This document shows positions 1 through 8,979 of a stretch of 64,000 nucleotides of DNA, in pieces. The notes beneath the pieces were generated by a model, which saw nothing but the letters and a program-made list of their open reading frames with translations, searched no databases and had not been told where the DNA came from. Both the position numbers and the translations under genes were made by a program. The stretch is from an uncultured Planctomycetaceae bacterium (GTDB lineage: Bacteria > Planctomycetota > Phycisphaerae > SM23-33): the NCBI GenBank assembly GCA_964607575.1, contig CAZSLS010000001.1, forward strand, positions 45,316 to 109,315, read 5' to 3'. Numbering within the stretch: the stretch's first letter is position 1; every line of letters starts with the position of its first letter.

Positions 1-1
1 A

Positions 2-241
2 TCTCCGCCGGCGGGCGATGGGGCGGTTGACGGGATTTCGATATTGACGCCCCTGGCTGATTTAACCGTCCCAGCCGCCGCGCCAGGTCCCGCGCCGCCG
101 GATTCGACCGCTGGGGTGCTGTATAGAACTGCGATGTCGCCTGCAGATTTGCGGGCGCTGGGTGACGATCCGCCCGCCGAGGGGGAGGGGGATTTGCTGG
201 CGGATGTACTGGCCGAATCGACGCTGATCGTTCCGCTGTAG
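2..241 (+). CDS. C-terminal end of an upstream gene (hypothetical), truncated by the window edge
   Basis: The frame is open from base 2 to the TAG at 239-241 (...DLRALGDDPPAEGEGDLLADVLAESTLIVPL). No recognisable motif. Confidence 0.3.
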   Translation, partial: SPPAGDGAVDGISILTPLADLTVPAAAPGPAPPDSTAGVLYRTAMSPADLRALGDDPPAEGEGDLLADVLAESTLIVPL

Positions 242-312
242 ATTGGGAAATTGTGGTGCGGGCGGGGGAATTACTTCGGATTTGAGTTCGATTGGCTTAG
301 AATGTCGGCGCG

Positions 313-1935
313 ATGGCCAAGAAGAACGTCACAATCTCTCTGGCTACCAAGTTCCGCCTGCTGTTCGGAACGGCGGTGCTTGGCATAATTGGCATGGCGC
401 TGGTCGTGCCCTGGTACTTCACGACAGAGCTCATGCCCCAGCAGGGCGCCCAGCGCGCCGGGGCTGAGCTTACGCGGCTTCGTCTTAACGAGTTCATCGT
501 CGACCATGCCGCCGAAACCGCCCCGCCCAGCCGGGTGGCGGCGATCTACAGCGCCGGGGGCTCCAAGCAACTTCGCAGGGGTCCTTCGTTTGTCGGTTTG
601 AACACCGATCTGACACCGGCGAGCGAGTTGGACTTCCCCGCCCAGGACGCCTTGCGAGCGTTTGTGCGAAACGTCGATCAGGACCTGGCGGTGATAGATT
701 CCGAAGACGATTCGGGGCGGAAGTTGTATCGCTGCTTCCGGGCGGTCCGGGTGACTCCGACGTGCGCCAGTTGCCACGGGCCCGATGCGCCGATCAAGCT
801 TCAGTACCAGCAGGGGGCGCTCGTGGGGATGATAGATGTCGGCGTGCCCGGCGGGTCGGGTACGAATATGTTGACGTGGTGGACGAGGGCCTCGTTCCTG
901 GTGGGCGTTGTACTGGCCGGCGTGGTCGGTTCGGTGGTATTCGCGGTTATCGCACAGAGGCTTATCCTGCGCCCGGTGGGGCACCTGCGCGAAATTACCG
1001 ACCGTGCGGCGGAAGGGGAGTTGGACGTTCGCAGCCATATCGCCAGCGGCGATGAGTTGGAGCGGCTTAGCGACAGTTTCAACCAGATGCTGGCGGCAAT
1101 TGCCGAACAGCACGAAAAACTCACCTCCGCCAATCAGGCATTGGATATCAAGCTCAGCGAAACCGCCGAAGTCAACGTGACGCTTCACCGTGCCAACCTG
1201 GTGAAGAACGAATTCCTCGCCAACGTATCGCACGAACTGCGGACGCCCCTGAACAGCATACTCGGTTTCGCCGGTCTGCTGCTGGAGTCCGCCGACAATC
1301 GAATCCGGAGATACGGTGAGAACATCACGCTGGCGGCAAAGAACTTGCTGGGGATGATCAACGACCTGCTGGACATCGCGAAGATCGAGGCGGGCAAAGC
1401 CGAAGTGAGATTTGAAAAGACCAGCGTCTCGGATATCTGCCAAACGCTGCTGGCGTTGATGGCGCCGGTGGCAGACAAGAAGCAGATCACAGTCGAATCG
1501 TCGGTGCCCGCGGGCCTGCCGATGGTGGTGACCGATGCGGGCAAGCTTCAGCAGATTCTCTTCAATCTCCTGTCCAACGCGTTGAAGTTCACGCCGTTGG
1601 GTGGCTCGGTGTCGCTTATGGCGTGTTCGGATGCCTCGCACGCCGGCGCCGAAGCGGTATCCGGAGTAGTGGTCTCCGTTGCGGACACCGGTCCGGGCAT
1701 TCCCGAAGCGGAACAATCGCGAATCTTCGAGAAGTTCTACCAGATGGAAGCCTCGCTGACCAAGGAGGCGTCGGGGACAGGTCTGGGCCTGGCGATCGCA
1801 AAGGAGCTCAGCGGTCTGATCTGCGGGCGCCTTGTATGCAAGAGTACCCCGGGTCACGGGGCGGAATTCACCCTCTTTCTCCCGCCCGACGGCGCACGGG
1901 CACGCAAGGATTTCCATACCGGTAACGGAATCTGA
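313..1935 (+). CDS. Sensor histidine kinase with periplasmic c-type-heme (CXXCH) sensor domain, HAMP, HisKA and HATPase domains
   Basis: N-terminal TM (LLFGTAVLGIIGMALVV). Periplasmic region contains CASCH. Second TM, then HAMP (RLILRPVGHLREITD...). H-box SHELRTPLNSILGF, N-box LFNLLSNALKFTP, G1 DTGPGIP, G2 GTGLGLAIAKE. Confidence 0.9.
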   Translation: MAKKNVTISLATKFRLLFGTAVLGIIGMALVVPWYFTTELMPQQGAQRAGAELTRLRLNEFIVDHAAETAPPSRVAAIYSAGGSKQLRRGPSFVGLNTDLTPASELDFPAQDALRAFVRNVDQDLAVIDSEDDSGRKLYRCFRAVRVTPTCASCHGPDAPIKLQYQQGALVGMIDVGVPGGSGTNMLTWWTRASFLVGVVLAGVVGSVVFAVIAQRLILRPVGHLREITDRAAEGELDVRSHIASGDELERLSDSFNQMLAAIAEQHEKLTSANQALDIKLSETAEVNVTLHRANLVKNEFLANVSHELRTPLNSILGFAGLLLESADNRIRRYGENITLAAKNLLGMINDLLDIAKIEAGKAEVRFEKTSVSDICQTLLALMAPVADKKQITVESSVPAGLPMVVTDAGKLQQILFNLLSNALKFTPLGGSVSLMACSDASHAGAEAVSGVVVSVADTGPGIPEAEQSRIFEKFYQMEASLTKEASGTGLGLAIAKELSGLICGRLVCKSTPGHGAEFTLFLPPDGARARKDFHTGNGI

Positions 1936-1957
1936 CCGCCGCCGGCGCCCGCGGCGA

Positions 1958-2377
1958 TTAATACCAGATCAGGACGATTACGTTGTCCTCGTCGATCTTT
2001 CCGTGCATTGTTCCAATGAGGTGCCCGACGTCCTTGACGTCAATGTCATCGGAATCGAGCCACTCGTTGATGTGGTCCTGGAGGCCTTCTATCGCGGGCA
2101 CGGATATTTTGGATCTGAATATGCGGCATCGCGTGGCGCCTTGCCCGCTCTGCTGCATTGGGCGCGAAAAACTGAACCCCGCTACCGCATTTCCGCGAAT
2201 TCCCGCGGTGTGCGAAATCGACCTGCCCGAACTTTCCTCCGCGATGGTCAGAGGCTCGTCTTCCGGTTCTTCGATACTGAGCGGTTCGTCGGCACTTTCG
2301 ATGCTGATCACATCGTCGTCGCCTTCGATACTGATGGGCTCGTCATCGAAACTAATGCTGTCATTATCCTGGCTCAT
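1958..2377 (-). CDS. Hypothetical acidic protein with short (I/L)S(I/F)E-type repeats
   Basis: 139-aa ORF with AGGAG 7 nt upstream of the ATG. N-terminal half has repeated DEPISIE / DVISIES / DEPLSIEE / DEPLTIAEE. No family recognised. Confidence 0.5.
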   Translation of the reverse strand: MSQDNDSISFDDEPISIEGDDDVISIESADEPLSIEEPEDEPLTIAEESSGRSISHTAGIRGNAVAGFSFSRPMQQSGQGATRCRIFRSKISVPAIEGLQDHINEWLDSDDIDVKDVGHLIGTMHGKIDEDNVIVLIWY

Positions 2378-2561
2378 CGTTGAACTCCTGTTACATAATT
2401 GTGATTCTTACGGGAAAGATCGACGACATGACGTTATTATATTGTCGATCGAAGCCGCGTCAACAACCTCGCGGCCGATTGGAAGGATATGGATAAATAT
2501 AATGACACAAGCGGAATTCCCAGCCAGCCCCCAGCGGTGCGGGCCCACACGCGACACGAGG

Positions 2562-3725
2562 ATGAACGGTTCTATGGCTGAAGGTAAGTGGACGATCCTG
2601 GTACTGTTCCTGCTGGCCGGTCTGACTGCGCTGGGCTTCCGGTACCTCGGCGGCGCCGCGGCGCCGAAGGTCACTCCAGACCGCGGGACCGCGGCCCGCA
2701 AGCTGGTGGGGCAGTTTCGCGGTATCGCCCTGCAGATGCACAACCCCGGCGACGAGAACCACCCGTACGAGAAGTTCATCGACGAGATCGCCGACACCGG
2801 CGCCAATACCGTGTGCCTCGTCATCCCGGGCTACCAGGAGAACGGGACGGCATGTTCGATCTTCATCGACCAGCGCAAGGTGCCCACGCGCGATCGCATC
2901 CGCAAGATCATCAGGCACGCCAAGTCGAAGGGCCTGCGCATTATCTTCATGCCGATAGTACTCCTGATGAACCCGCAGGACGGTGAGTGGCGGGGCAAGA
3001 TCAAACCCAAGGACTGGGACGAATGGTGGCGCCAGTACACCAACTACGTCCTCCGCTACGCCTACCTGTGCAACGAGGAGAAGGTCGAGGCGTTCCAGAT
3101 CGGCTCGGAACTGCTGTCGACCGAGACGCATACCGAACGCTGGCGGACGCTCATAGTGAAAGTTCGCAAGGGCTTCGACGGGCTGCTGAGCTACTCGTCG
3201 AACTGGGACCACTACCGCGTACCGCAGTTCTGGAGCGACCTGGACATGGTGGGCATGACCGCCTACTACGACCTCACCGGCGGAAAGAAACCCACGCTCG
3301 ATCGCCTCAAAAAAGCGTGGAAACCGCTGAAGAAAGAGATCCTCGACTGGCAGAAAACCATCGGCAAGCCGATACTCTTTACCGAACTTGGTTGGCCTAA
3401 CCAGGACACCTGCGCCGAGTTCCCATGGAACTATTACCAGAGCGAGAAAACCGACCCGCAGGCACAGGCCAACTGCTTCGAAGCGTTCTTCCACACCTGG
3501 ATCAAAGAGCCCAAAGTCGCCGGGTTCATGATCTGGGAATGGCGCAAGAGCCTCGGGCAGGACCACCGCCCCAACGTCGACCTGTCGTACGTACCTTACC
3601 TGAAACCCGCGATGAAGGTCATCTCACGCTACTACGATATGCCCGGCGGCGGTAAGAAACCTTCGACCATGAAGAAACCCGCCACCACACAACCCGCCAC
3701 CAGCACCCGCCCGGCGTCCCGTTAG
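2562..3725 (+). CDS. Putative membrane-anchored clan GH-A-like (TIM-barrel) glycoside hydrolase
   Basis: Signal anchor KWTILVLFLLAGLTALGF. IGSELLSTE and ILFTELGWP resemble the acid/base and nucleophile Glu strands of (beta/alpha)8 glycosidases. Pro/Thr-rich C-terminal tail. Start uncertain (ATG at 2502, 2562 or 2574); the 5' part of the listed 580-aa ORF is antisense to the previous gene. Confidence 0.6.
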   Translation: MNGSMAEGKWTILVLFLLAGLTALGFRYLGGAAAPKVTPDRGTAARKLVGQFRGIALQMHNPGDENHPYEKFIDEIADTGANTVCLVIPGYQENGTACSIFIDQRKVPTRDRIRKIIRHAKSKGLRIIFMPIVLLMNPQDGEWRGKIKPKDWDEWWRQYTNYVLRYAYLCNEEKVEAFQIGSELLSTETHTERWRTLIVKVRKGFDGLLSYSSNWDHYRVPQFWSDLDMVGMTAYYDLTGGKKPTLDRLKKAWKPLKKEILDWQKTIGKPILFTELGWPNQDTCAEFPWNYYQSEKTDPQAQANCFEAFFHTWIKEPKVAGFMIWEWRKSLGQDHRPNVDLSYVPYLKPAMKVISRYYDMPGGGKKPSTMKKPATTQPATSTRPASR

Positions 3726-3938
3726 CGGCAGGACTCACGCGTCCGCCTATTCCTGACAACGTCGGGACGCCGTCCGCCATCAGTCCGTCAACTGATAACT
3801 GATCACGGGCTGTACACTGTCGAAGATCCGCCTAGGCGGGATCACTGGTTCTACCCTTGCCATTTGCTTATCAAAGATCGTCAATAAGATCGTCATCTAG
3901 AAAATGGTTCGGTCTGAAGAAGCTGTCCGATTTGACAA

Positions 3939-3992
3939 CGTAGACGCGGCTTCCAGCCGCGTGATTCAAAGCGGCTGGAAGCCGCGTCTACG
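3939..3992. repeat. Perfect 22-bp inverted repeat (hairpin, 10-nt loop), REP-like
   Basis: cgtagacgcggcttccagccgc (3939-3960), loop gtgattcaaa, then gcggctggaagccgcgtctacg (3971-3992). Exact reverse complements. Confidence 0.9.
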
Positions 3993-4100
3993 ATACGGGG
4001 GGCAAGCAGGGTCAGCCTTTGCGGCAGGTTCCGGGATCGAGGTTTCAGGTTGTTTCCGTTCCCCTGGAACCTGCCTCATTCGTTTCCGCCTTTGGCACGG

Positions 4101-4130
4101 TTGACAGCGGTATTTGCGTATCCATAGAAT
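4101..4130 (+). promoter_or_regulatory. Putative sigma70-type promoter of the TPR gene
   Basis: TTGACA (4101-4106), 18-nt spacer, TAGAAT (4125-4130), about 70 nt upstream of the ATG at 4202. Confidence 0.4.
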
Positions 4131-4201
4131 AGACTAGTGACCTGGATCTTTTGTCAGGCTCTTTTGAACACATCAAAAACATACCGAAGGAATAGCACAT
4201 C

Positions 4202-5689
4202 ATGGCATATCGCACCCTATCAAAATCGTTGTCAATTGTCGCCGTCGCATTTGTCCTGCTGCTCGCCGCCCCGGCGTATGGGGACAAAGACGCCGACAAG
4301 CGGGTCGCGGGCAACACGAAATTGGACAACAAGACACGCATGGCGGCCTGCGAGAGATTGTTCGCCATAGAGGGGCTTTCCAAAACCGAGCGCGTCTGGG
4401 TGTTGACCACGCGGGGCGTTCTCTACAGGCATATGAAGAAGTATGACGCGGCGATGGCAGACTTCAGCCAGGCCGAGAAACTCGAGCTGGACAATCCCCG
4501 TGTCCACCGGTATCGAGCCTGGGTCTACTACGATTCCAAGAAATATGCCGAGGCCGATGCCGAATTCACCAAGACCCTCAAGCTTGAACCGCGACGTGCC
4601 TGGAATTGGTACAAGCGGGCACGGACCCGCGTAATGCTGAAGAAGTATAACGATGCCTTGAAGGACTACGACAAGGCCCTGGAGTTGAACCCTCGCTACT
4701 CCTCGGCTTACGGTGGTCGCGCCTGGGTGCATCTGCGCCTCAAGGATTACGCCAAGGCCATCAAGGACTGCGATGGCGCGCTGGCGATTAATCCCTACTA
4801 CGTCTACCCGTACACCGTGCGCGGAAAGGCTTACGAGGCGGCGGGCAAACCCGACAGGGCCATCCACGACAATGCGATCGCGATGTTGCTGGATCCCAAT
4901 CTGTCCCGTCCGAAGTGGGCCCTTGAGCGGCTCGTTAAAAAGGCAAGCGCCTCGGGCTCAACGACCAAGCCGGCGGCCTTCCAGCTACCCAAGAAGGGTT
5001 TGTCGATCTCGTACCTGATGACCGCCGGCGCCGTACCGCCCAAGCAGGATGAAATGGAGGAGGCTATCGGAGGGCTTGTCAGTTTCTTCAAGAAGAAGCA
5101 CATACCACCGCCAAAATCCAGGACTTTCCTGGTCCGCGAGGTCGCAGCAGGCTCTGGCGATACGACGAGCATCAAGCCGACCATGAAGTACCCGAATATC
5201 GACAGGAAAAAGCCACCCGTCGCGACGATCGACTATTACCGCACCCTGTTTCCCACTATCTTGCCAATGGGCAGGACCGGGCAGGTGCTTACGATCGAGT
5301 TTGACAAGGCGCCCCTCAAGGGCATCTGGCCGCTGAAGGTGGGCAACAAATCCTCAGGCAGCGCGAAGTACGTCTTCATCGGTCCGGATCCGCTGACCCC
5401 TCCGGCGATGTTCCTCGGGTGCAAGAAGCCCGGCGACAAGATTCCTTTCGGGACGGTCAAGTGGAGCGGACAGGTGGTAAAGAGCGAGAAGGTGGTCGTA
5501 CCGGCTGGTGTCTTCGATACGTTCGTCATACGAGTCGAGGAGGAGGCGGAGATGATTATGATGGGAAGGTCGAAAAAACGCTCTGCAATCCTCACCTGGT
5601 GGTATGCGCCCAGTATTCGCTGGTGGGTCAAACGCACCCAGCAGATCGAGAATAATATCGTCGTCAACGAGGCCGAAACGATCAAGTAG
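4202..5689 (+). CDS. Secreted TPR-repeat protein with beta-rich C-terminal domain
   Basis: Signal peptide (SIVAVAFVLLLAAPAYG). Several TPR-like units (YDAAMADFSQAEKLELDNP, YAEADAEFTKTLKLEP, YNDALKDYDKALELNP, YAKAIKDCDGALAINP). Confidence 0.8.
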   Translation: MAYRTLSKSLSIVAVAFVLLLAAPAYGDKDADKRVAGNTKLDNKTRMAACERLFAIEGLSKTERVWVLTTRGVLYRHMKKYDAAMADFSQAEKLELDNPRVHRYRAWVYYDSKKYAEADAEFTKTLKLEPRRAWNWYKRARTRVMLKKYNDALKDYDKALELNPRYSSAYGGRAWVHLRLKDYAKAIKDCDGALAINPYYVYPYTVRGKAYEAAGKPDRAIHDNAIAMLLDPNLSRPKWALERLVKKASASGSTTKPAAFQLPKKGLSISYLMTAGAVPPKQDEMEEAIGGLVSFFKKKHIPPPKSRTFLVREVAAGSGDTTSIKPTMKYPNIDRKKPPVATIDYYRTLFPTILPMGRTGQVLTIEFDKAPLKGIWPLKVGNKSSGSAKYVFIGPDPLTPPAMFLGCKKPGDKIPFGTVKWSGQVVKSEKVVVPAGVFDTFVIRVEEEAEMIMMGRSKKRSAILTWWYAPSIRWWVKRTQQIENNIVVNEAETIK

Positions 5690-5710
5690 GTGCCCAAGTA
5701 CGCGTTTTCT

Positions 5711-7339
5711 TTACGGATGCGTGTTGAACGGTAAGGCGGGGAAGCCGGCCTGGTTGTATAGATTGGCCTGCTTCGGCCGCGGCGCCCAGGCGTAACGCAC
5801 GGTAACCGGCTTGGCGAGATCCTTACTCGTGACGATCACGGACTTACCGTCGATCTTCGCTGTTGCGGGTCGCCAGCGGCCATCGGCGCCGGCCAGTTCG
5901 AAGCCGCCCAGCGGCGTGTCGGTCGCCGGTTTGACCAGCTCGCCCATTTTCTTGTCGCCGACGATCAGTCCCCGATCTACCTGCTTGAAGCGAACGGTGA
6001 CCGAGCGAGCGTTGACCTTGTGCGAATCGTACACCGGACCGCTGCGGATGGGCTGGTTCTCGACCGTGGCGATTGCCCACTGCGAGGCGCGCTGGGCCCA
6101 GTTGCGAGGATCGCGGGGATCGTTCACGTAATCGTGCGCCGGCAGGACGGTAGTGGCGGGCGTCTTCGAGACACCCCGCTGTCTCTGGCGAAACCGCATC
6201 CAGACCGACTGGTCTTCCACCGCGCGCTCCTCCCAATACATGGGCGGGCGGTACTGAAAGAAAGCTGCGGGCGCCTTCGGAGAGTTCATCACGATACGAA
6301 GACCGCGGATCAGCGCTTCGGCCTTATCCGAGTAGTGCTTGTCGTACTGGTTTTTATCGAGCGTTTTGAGGATCAAGCCGCGTATGGCGAACGGAGCTAC
6401 GGGATGGATCGATCCGTTGTAGTAAGTGGTAGGGGCTACGGCACGCGGCGGCGGGCCGGGCAAACGCGGGGCCTGCGAGAAATCGTCCAACTCCGTACTC
6501 CCGGCGTTCAGCGAGCGATGCGTCGAGGCGAGCCACTTCTTGACATCGCTGAGAGTCTTCAAATGAGCGGTGCGCCCCGTCGGCGACGTCGGGTTCCAGG
6601 CGCCAACTGTGTTTGCAAGCTCGCGCATCGCGGCGGTGGCTTGGAAACCTTCGGGCGGAGTCATCGACGCCAGATCGTCCAGGCCGATCTCGAGCAAACC
6701 GACCGGGACCTTGACGCGTTTGAAGTACTGGCGACCGAAGAAGTAGGGGATGGCGGGGAATCCACTCCAAGTGGCCGGGTCGTAAGCGGTCCACTTCGCG
6801 TTGCCGTCGGTATCGAAACGGTACTGTACGTGACGGGCGTGGCGATCCTTACCGCGCGGCGCGGTGGCAAAGGTTCGGATGATCGGTGGTCCGCCGGCGG
6901 CTTGGTCCTCTTTGATGAAGGGGCGGATGTCGTAGTAGACGCCCATGCGGCTGCGCTTTTGGAAGCGGCCGTGGTAATATCCCAGACCGATGCTGTCGCC
7001 GCTGAACAGCCACACGTCGCCGACCAACACGCCTTTCAGTTCCACCGCGTCGCCGGCGCCCTTGAGGGTCATGGTCTGCGGTTTTGCGTTGGCGGGCATC
7101 GCATCCAGTTTGGCGTGCCACAAGCCCCTGGCGTCCGACGTGGCCTGTTTGCTCTGTCCGGCAAAACTTACGGTCACTCGTTCGCCCGGTTCAGCCCGGC
7201 CCCAGACGGGCGCGGAAACTCCGTGCTGCAACACCATCTGATCGCAGAATATGATCGCTGGTTCAACCGCGCTAGCCGCACCGGGTGCAAGCAGAACCAA
7301 CAGCAGAACAAGGCGTGCGATTCGTATTATCGAGTGCAT
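5711..7339 (-). CDS. Sialate O-acetylesterase-like (SASA/DUF303, SGNH) protein, divergent active-site block
   Basis: Signal peptide. N-terminal FCDQMVLQHGVSAPVWGRAEPGERVTVSFAGQ... matches the family. The block after VWLFSG is DSIG rather than QSNM. Paralogous along its length to the next gene. Confidence 0.75.
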   Translation of the reverse strand: MHSIIRIARLVLLLVLLAPGAASAVEPAIIFCDQMVLQHGVSAPVWGRAEPGERVTVSFAGQSKQATSDARGLWHAKLDAMPANAKPQTMTLKGAGDAVELKGVLVGDVWLFSGDSIGLGYYHGRFQKRSRMGVYYDIRPFIKEDQAAGGPPIIRTFATAPRGKDRHARHVQYRFDTDGNAKWTAYDPATWSGFPAIPYFFGRQYFKRVKVPVGLLEIGLDDLASMTPPEGFQATAAMRELANTVGAWNPTSPTGRTAHLKTLSDVKKWLASTHRSLNAGSTELDDFSQAPRLPGPPPRAVAPTTYYNGSIHPVAPFAIRGLILKTLDKNQYDKHYSDKAEALIRGLRIVMNSPKAPAAFFQYRPPMYWEERAVEDQSVWMRFRQRQRGVSKTPATTVLPAHDYVNDPRDPRNWAQRASQWAIATVENQPIRSGPVYDSHKVNARSVTVRFKQVDRGLIVGDKKMGELVKPATDTPLGGFELAGADGRWRPATAKIDGKSVIVTSKDLAKPVTVRYAWAPRPKQANLYNQAGFPALPFNTHP

Positions 7340-7378
7340 AAGATTAACTCCATCATGGCGCTGCGCGTGAGTGGCGGA

Positions 7379-8935
7379 TCAATCATGGTCGGTGGTGAAC
7401 GTTGCGGCGGGCAGGCCGGCTCCGTTGTACAGGAACGGCGGGGGGGGGATGTTGGTGTAGCAGTAACGCACGTGCGTCGGCTTGCTCACCTTGTCCGACG
7501 AGGCGACCAGCGTGTTGCCTTCGATCTTCGCGACGGCCTTGTGCCAGCGCTTGTCCTTGCCTGCCACTTCCACGTTAGGCAGCTTTTTGGCGTCGGTCAG
7601 CTTGGCCGGTTTGAGTCCGTCCTTTGCGCCGGCGCGCAGGCCGCCGTTGGTGTAATCGAACTCGACGATCACCTTGTTGCCCTCGACACGGTGAGACTTG
7701 TAGAGCGGGCCGGAAGGCACGACGTCTTTCTTGCCGTAGTCCCGGTTCAGCGCCCACATCGCCGCGCGGATGCCGGCGTCGACCTTGTTGGCGGGGTGGA
7801 CGTTCACGTCGAAGTCGAGCAGGACGGCTAGACCGCTGTTGGGCACGAGCTTGAGGGCGTTGAACTGTTCCTGGCGAACGAGGGGGCTGCAGTAGTCGCC
7901 GCTGCGCTGGAGTTGCATCCAGTAGAACGGTATCTCACCACCGTCGCCCTTGACCGAGAACAGGTCGCGCCAGGTCCGGGCCATAACCTTCATCTCGATG
8001 TCCCACAGACGGTTACGGAAATCGCTCTCGCCCTGGTACCAGACCACGCCCTTGATCGCCATTGGCACGATCGGATGGATCTTACCGTTGTAGAACCCGC
8101 ACAGGTCGCGCGGGCCCGGTTCGGGCATCAGCGGTTGGGGATAGGGAAACGGTTTGTTCCCCGCCATTGCTTTCTCGGCTTGGGCGAGCCATCGTTCGAT
8201 TTCGGTCAGGCGTTTCTTCCAGACTGTGCGGCCGAGCGGGGTGTTGGGGTAGTAGACGTCCACCCTGTCGGCGAGGGCCTTCAACTTCGGGTCAAGGCGA
8301 AAACCGTGACGCGGGATCCATTCCTGAATGATGCTTCCGGCCCAGGCCTGCCACAAGATACCCTGGGGCACGTTGATACCCTGCTGCCGGATATGGCGTG
8401 CGAAATAGAAGCCCACTGCACAGCAGCCCTTTGTCGTCTTCTCATTCCGGCAGATTGTCCAGGCCTCAGGGGCGGTCTTGAACTTCTCGATTGGGAACGG
8501 TTCGTCGCGTCCGGCGCCCCAGTAGCGGATCAAAGGGTGGTTCCATTTCATCCCGTCCGGTGTGGGGTGGCGACCGACGTTGCGCCCCATGTTCGACTGG
8601 CCGGAAAATATCCACACGTCCCCGATCAGCACGTCCTCGATCGTTACCGTATTCTTCCCGGTGATGGTCAGCGTCTGTGGCTTGGCGCTGGCCGTGAGCG
8701 GCTTGAGCACGACCTGCCACTTGCCGCCGGTGTCCGCGGTGGCGGTCTTGCTCTGCCCGGCGAATTTGACAGTCACTTTCTCGCCCGGTTTCGCCGTCCC
8801 CCAGAGGGGCATTGGCTTGTCTCGCTGCAGAACCATGTGATCGCAGAACACATCGGCCGGTTTAACCGCGGCGGCCTCTACGGACCAGATCGCGGGCGTC
8901 AGGAGCAGCAAGCACCACAAGAAAAGTTTTCGCAT
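7379..8935 (-). CDS. Sialate O-acetylesterase (SASA/DUF303 family)
   Basis: Signal peptide. FCDHMVLQRDKPMPLWGTAKPGEKVTVKFAGQ, canonical GDVWIFSGQSNMG serine block, WYQGESD block. Confidence 0.85.
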   Translation of the reverse strand: MRKLFLWCLLLLTPAIWSVEAAAVKPADVFCDHMVLQRDKPMPLWGTAKPGEKVTVKFAGQSKTATADTGGKWQVVLKPLTASAKPQTLTITGKNTVTIEDVLIGDVWIFSGQSNMGRNVGRHPTPDGMKWNHPLIRYWGAGRDEPFPIEKFKTAPEAWTICRNEKTTKGCCAVGFYFARHIRQQGINVPQGILWQAWAGSIIQEWIPRHGFRLDPKLKALADRVDVYYPNTPLGRTVWKKRLTEIERWLAQAEKAMAGNKPFPYPQPLMPEPGPRDLCGFYNGKIHPIVPMAIKGVVWYQGESDFRNRLWDIEMKVMARTWRDLFSVKGDGGEIPFYWMQLQRSGDYCSPLVRQEQFNALKLVPNSGLAVLLDFDVNVHPANKVDAGIRAAMWALNRDYGKKDVVPSGPLYKSHRVEGNKVIVEFDYTNGGLRAGAKDGLKPAKLTDAKKLPNVEVAGKDKRWHKAVAKIEGNTLVASSDKVSKPTHVRYCYTNIPPPPFLYNGAGLPAATFTTDHD

Positions 8936-8979
8936 GATCCGTTTTCTCCTAATGTCATCGCACCTTCGAGTGCCCTTTG

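Noticed and set aside
271-1917. Very long ORFs antisense to or overlapping annotated genes. Examples: 271-1917(-), 2460-3566(-), 6020-7831(+), 7913-9328(+), 9076-10278(+), 17171-18079(-), 21825-23102(-), 25224-26294(-), 35149-36363(+), 45458-47110(+), 54115-54966(-), 58449-59543(-).
   Set aside because: These are typical high-GC shadow ORFs. Their translations are Arg/Pro/Gly/Ala-rich and low in complexity with no motifs, while the opposite or alternative frame in each case carries clear family signatures.
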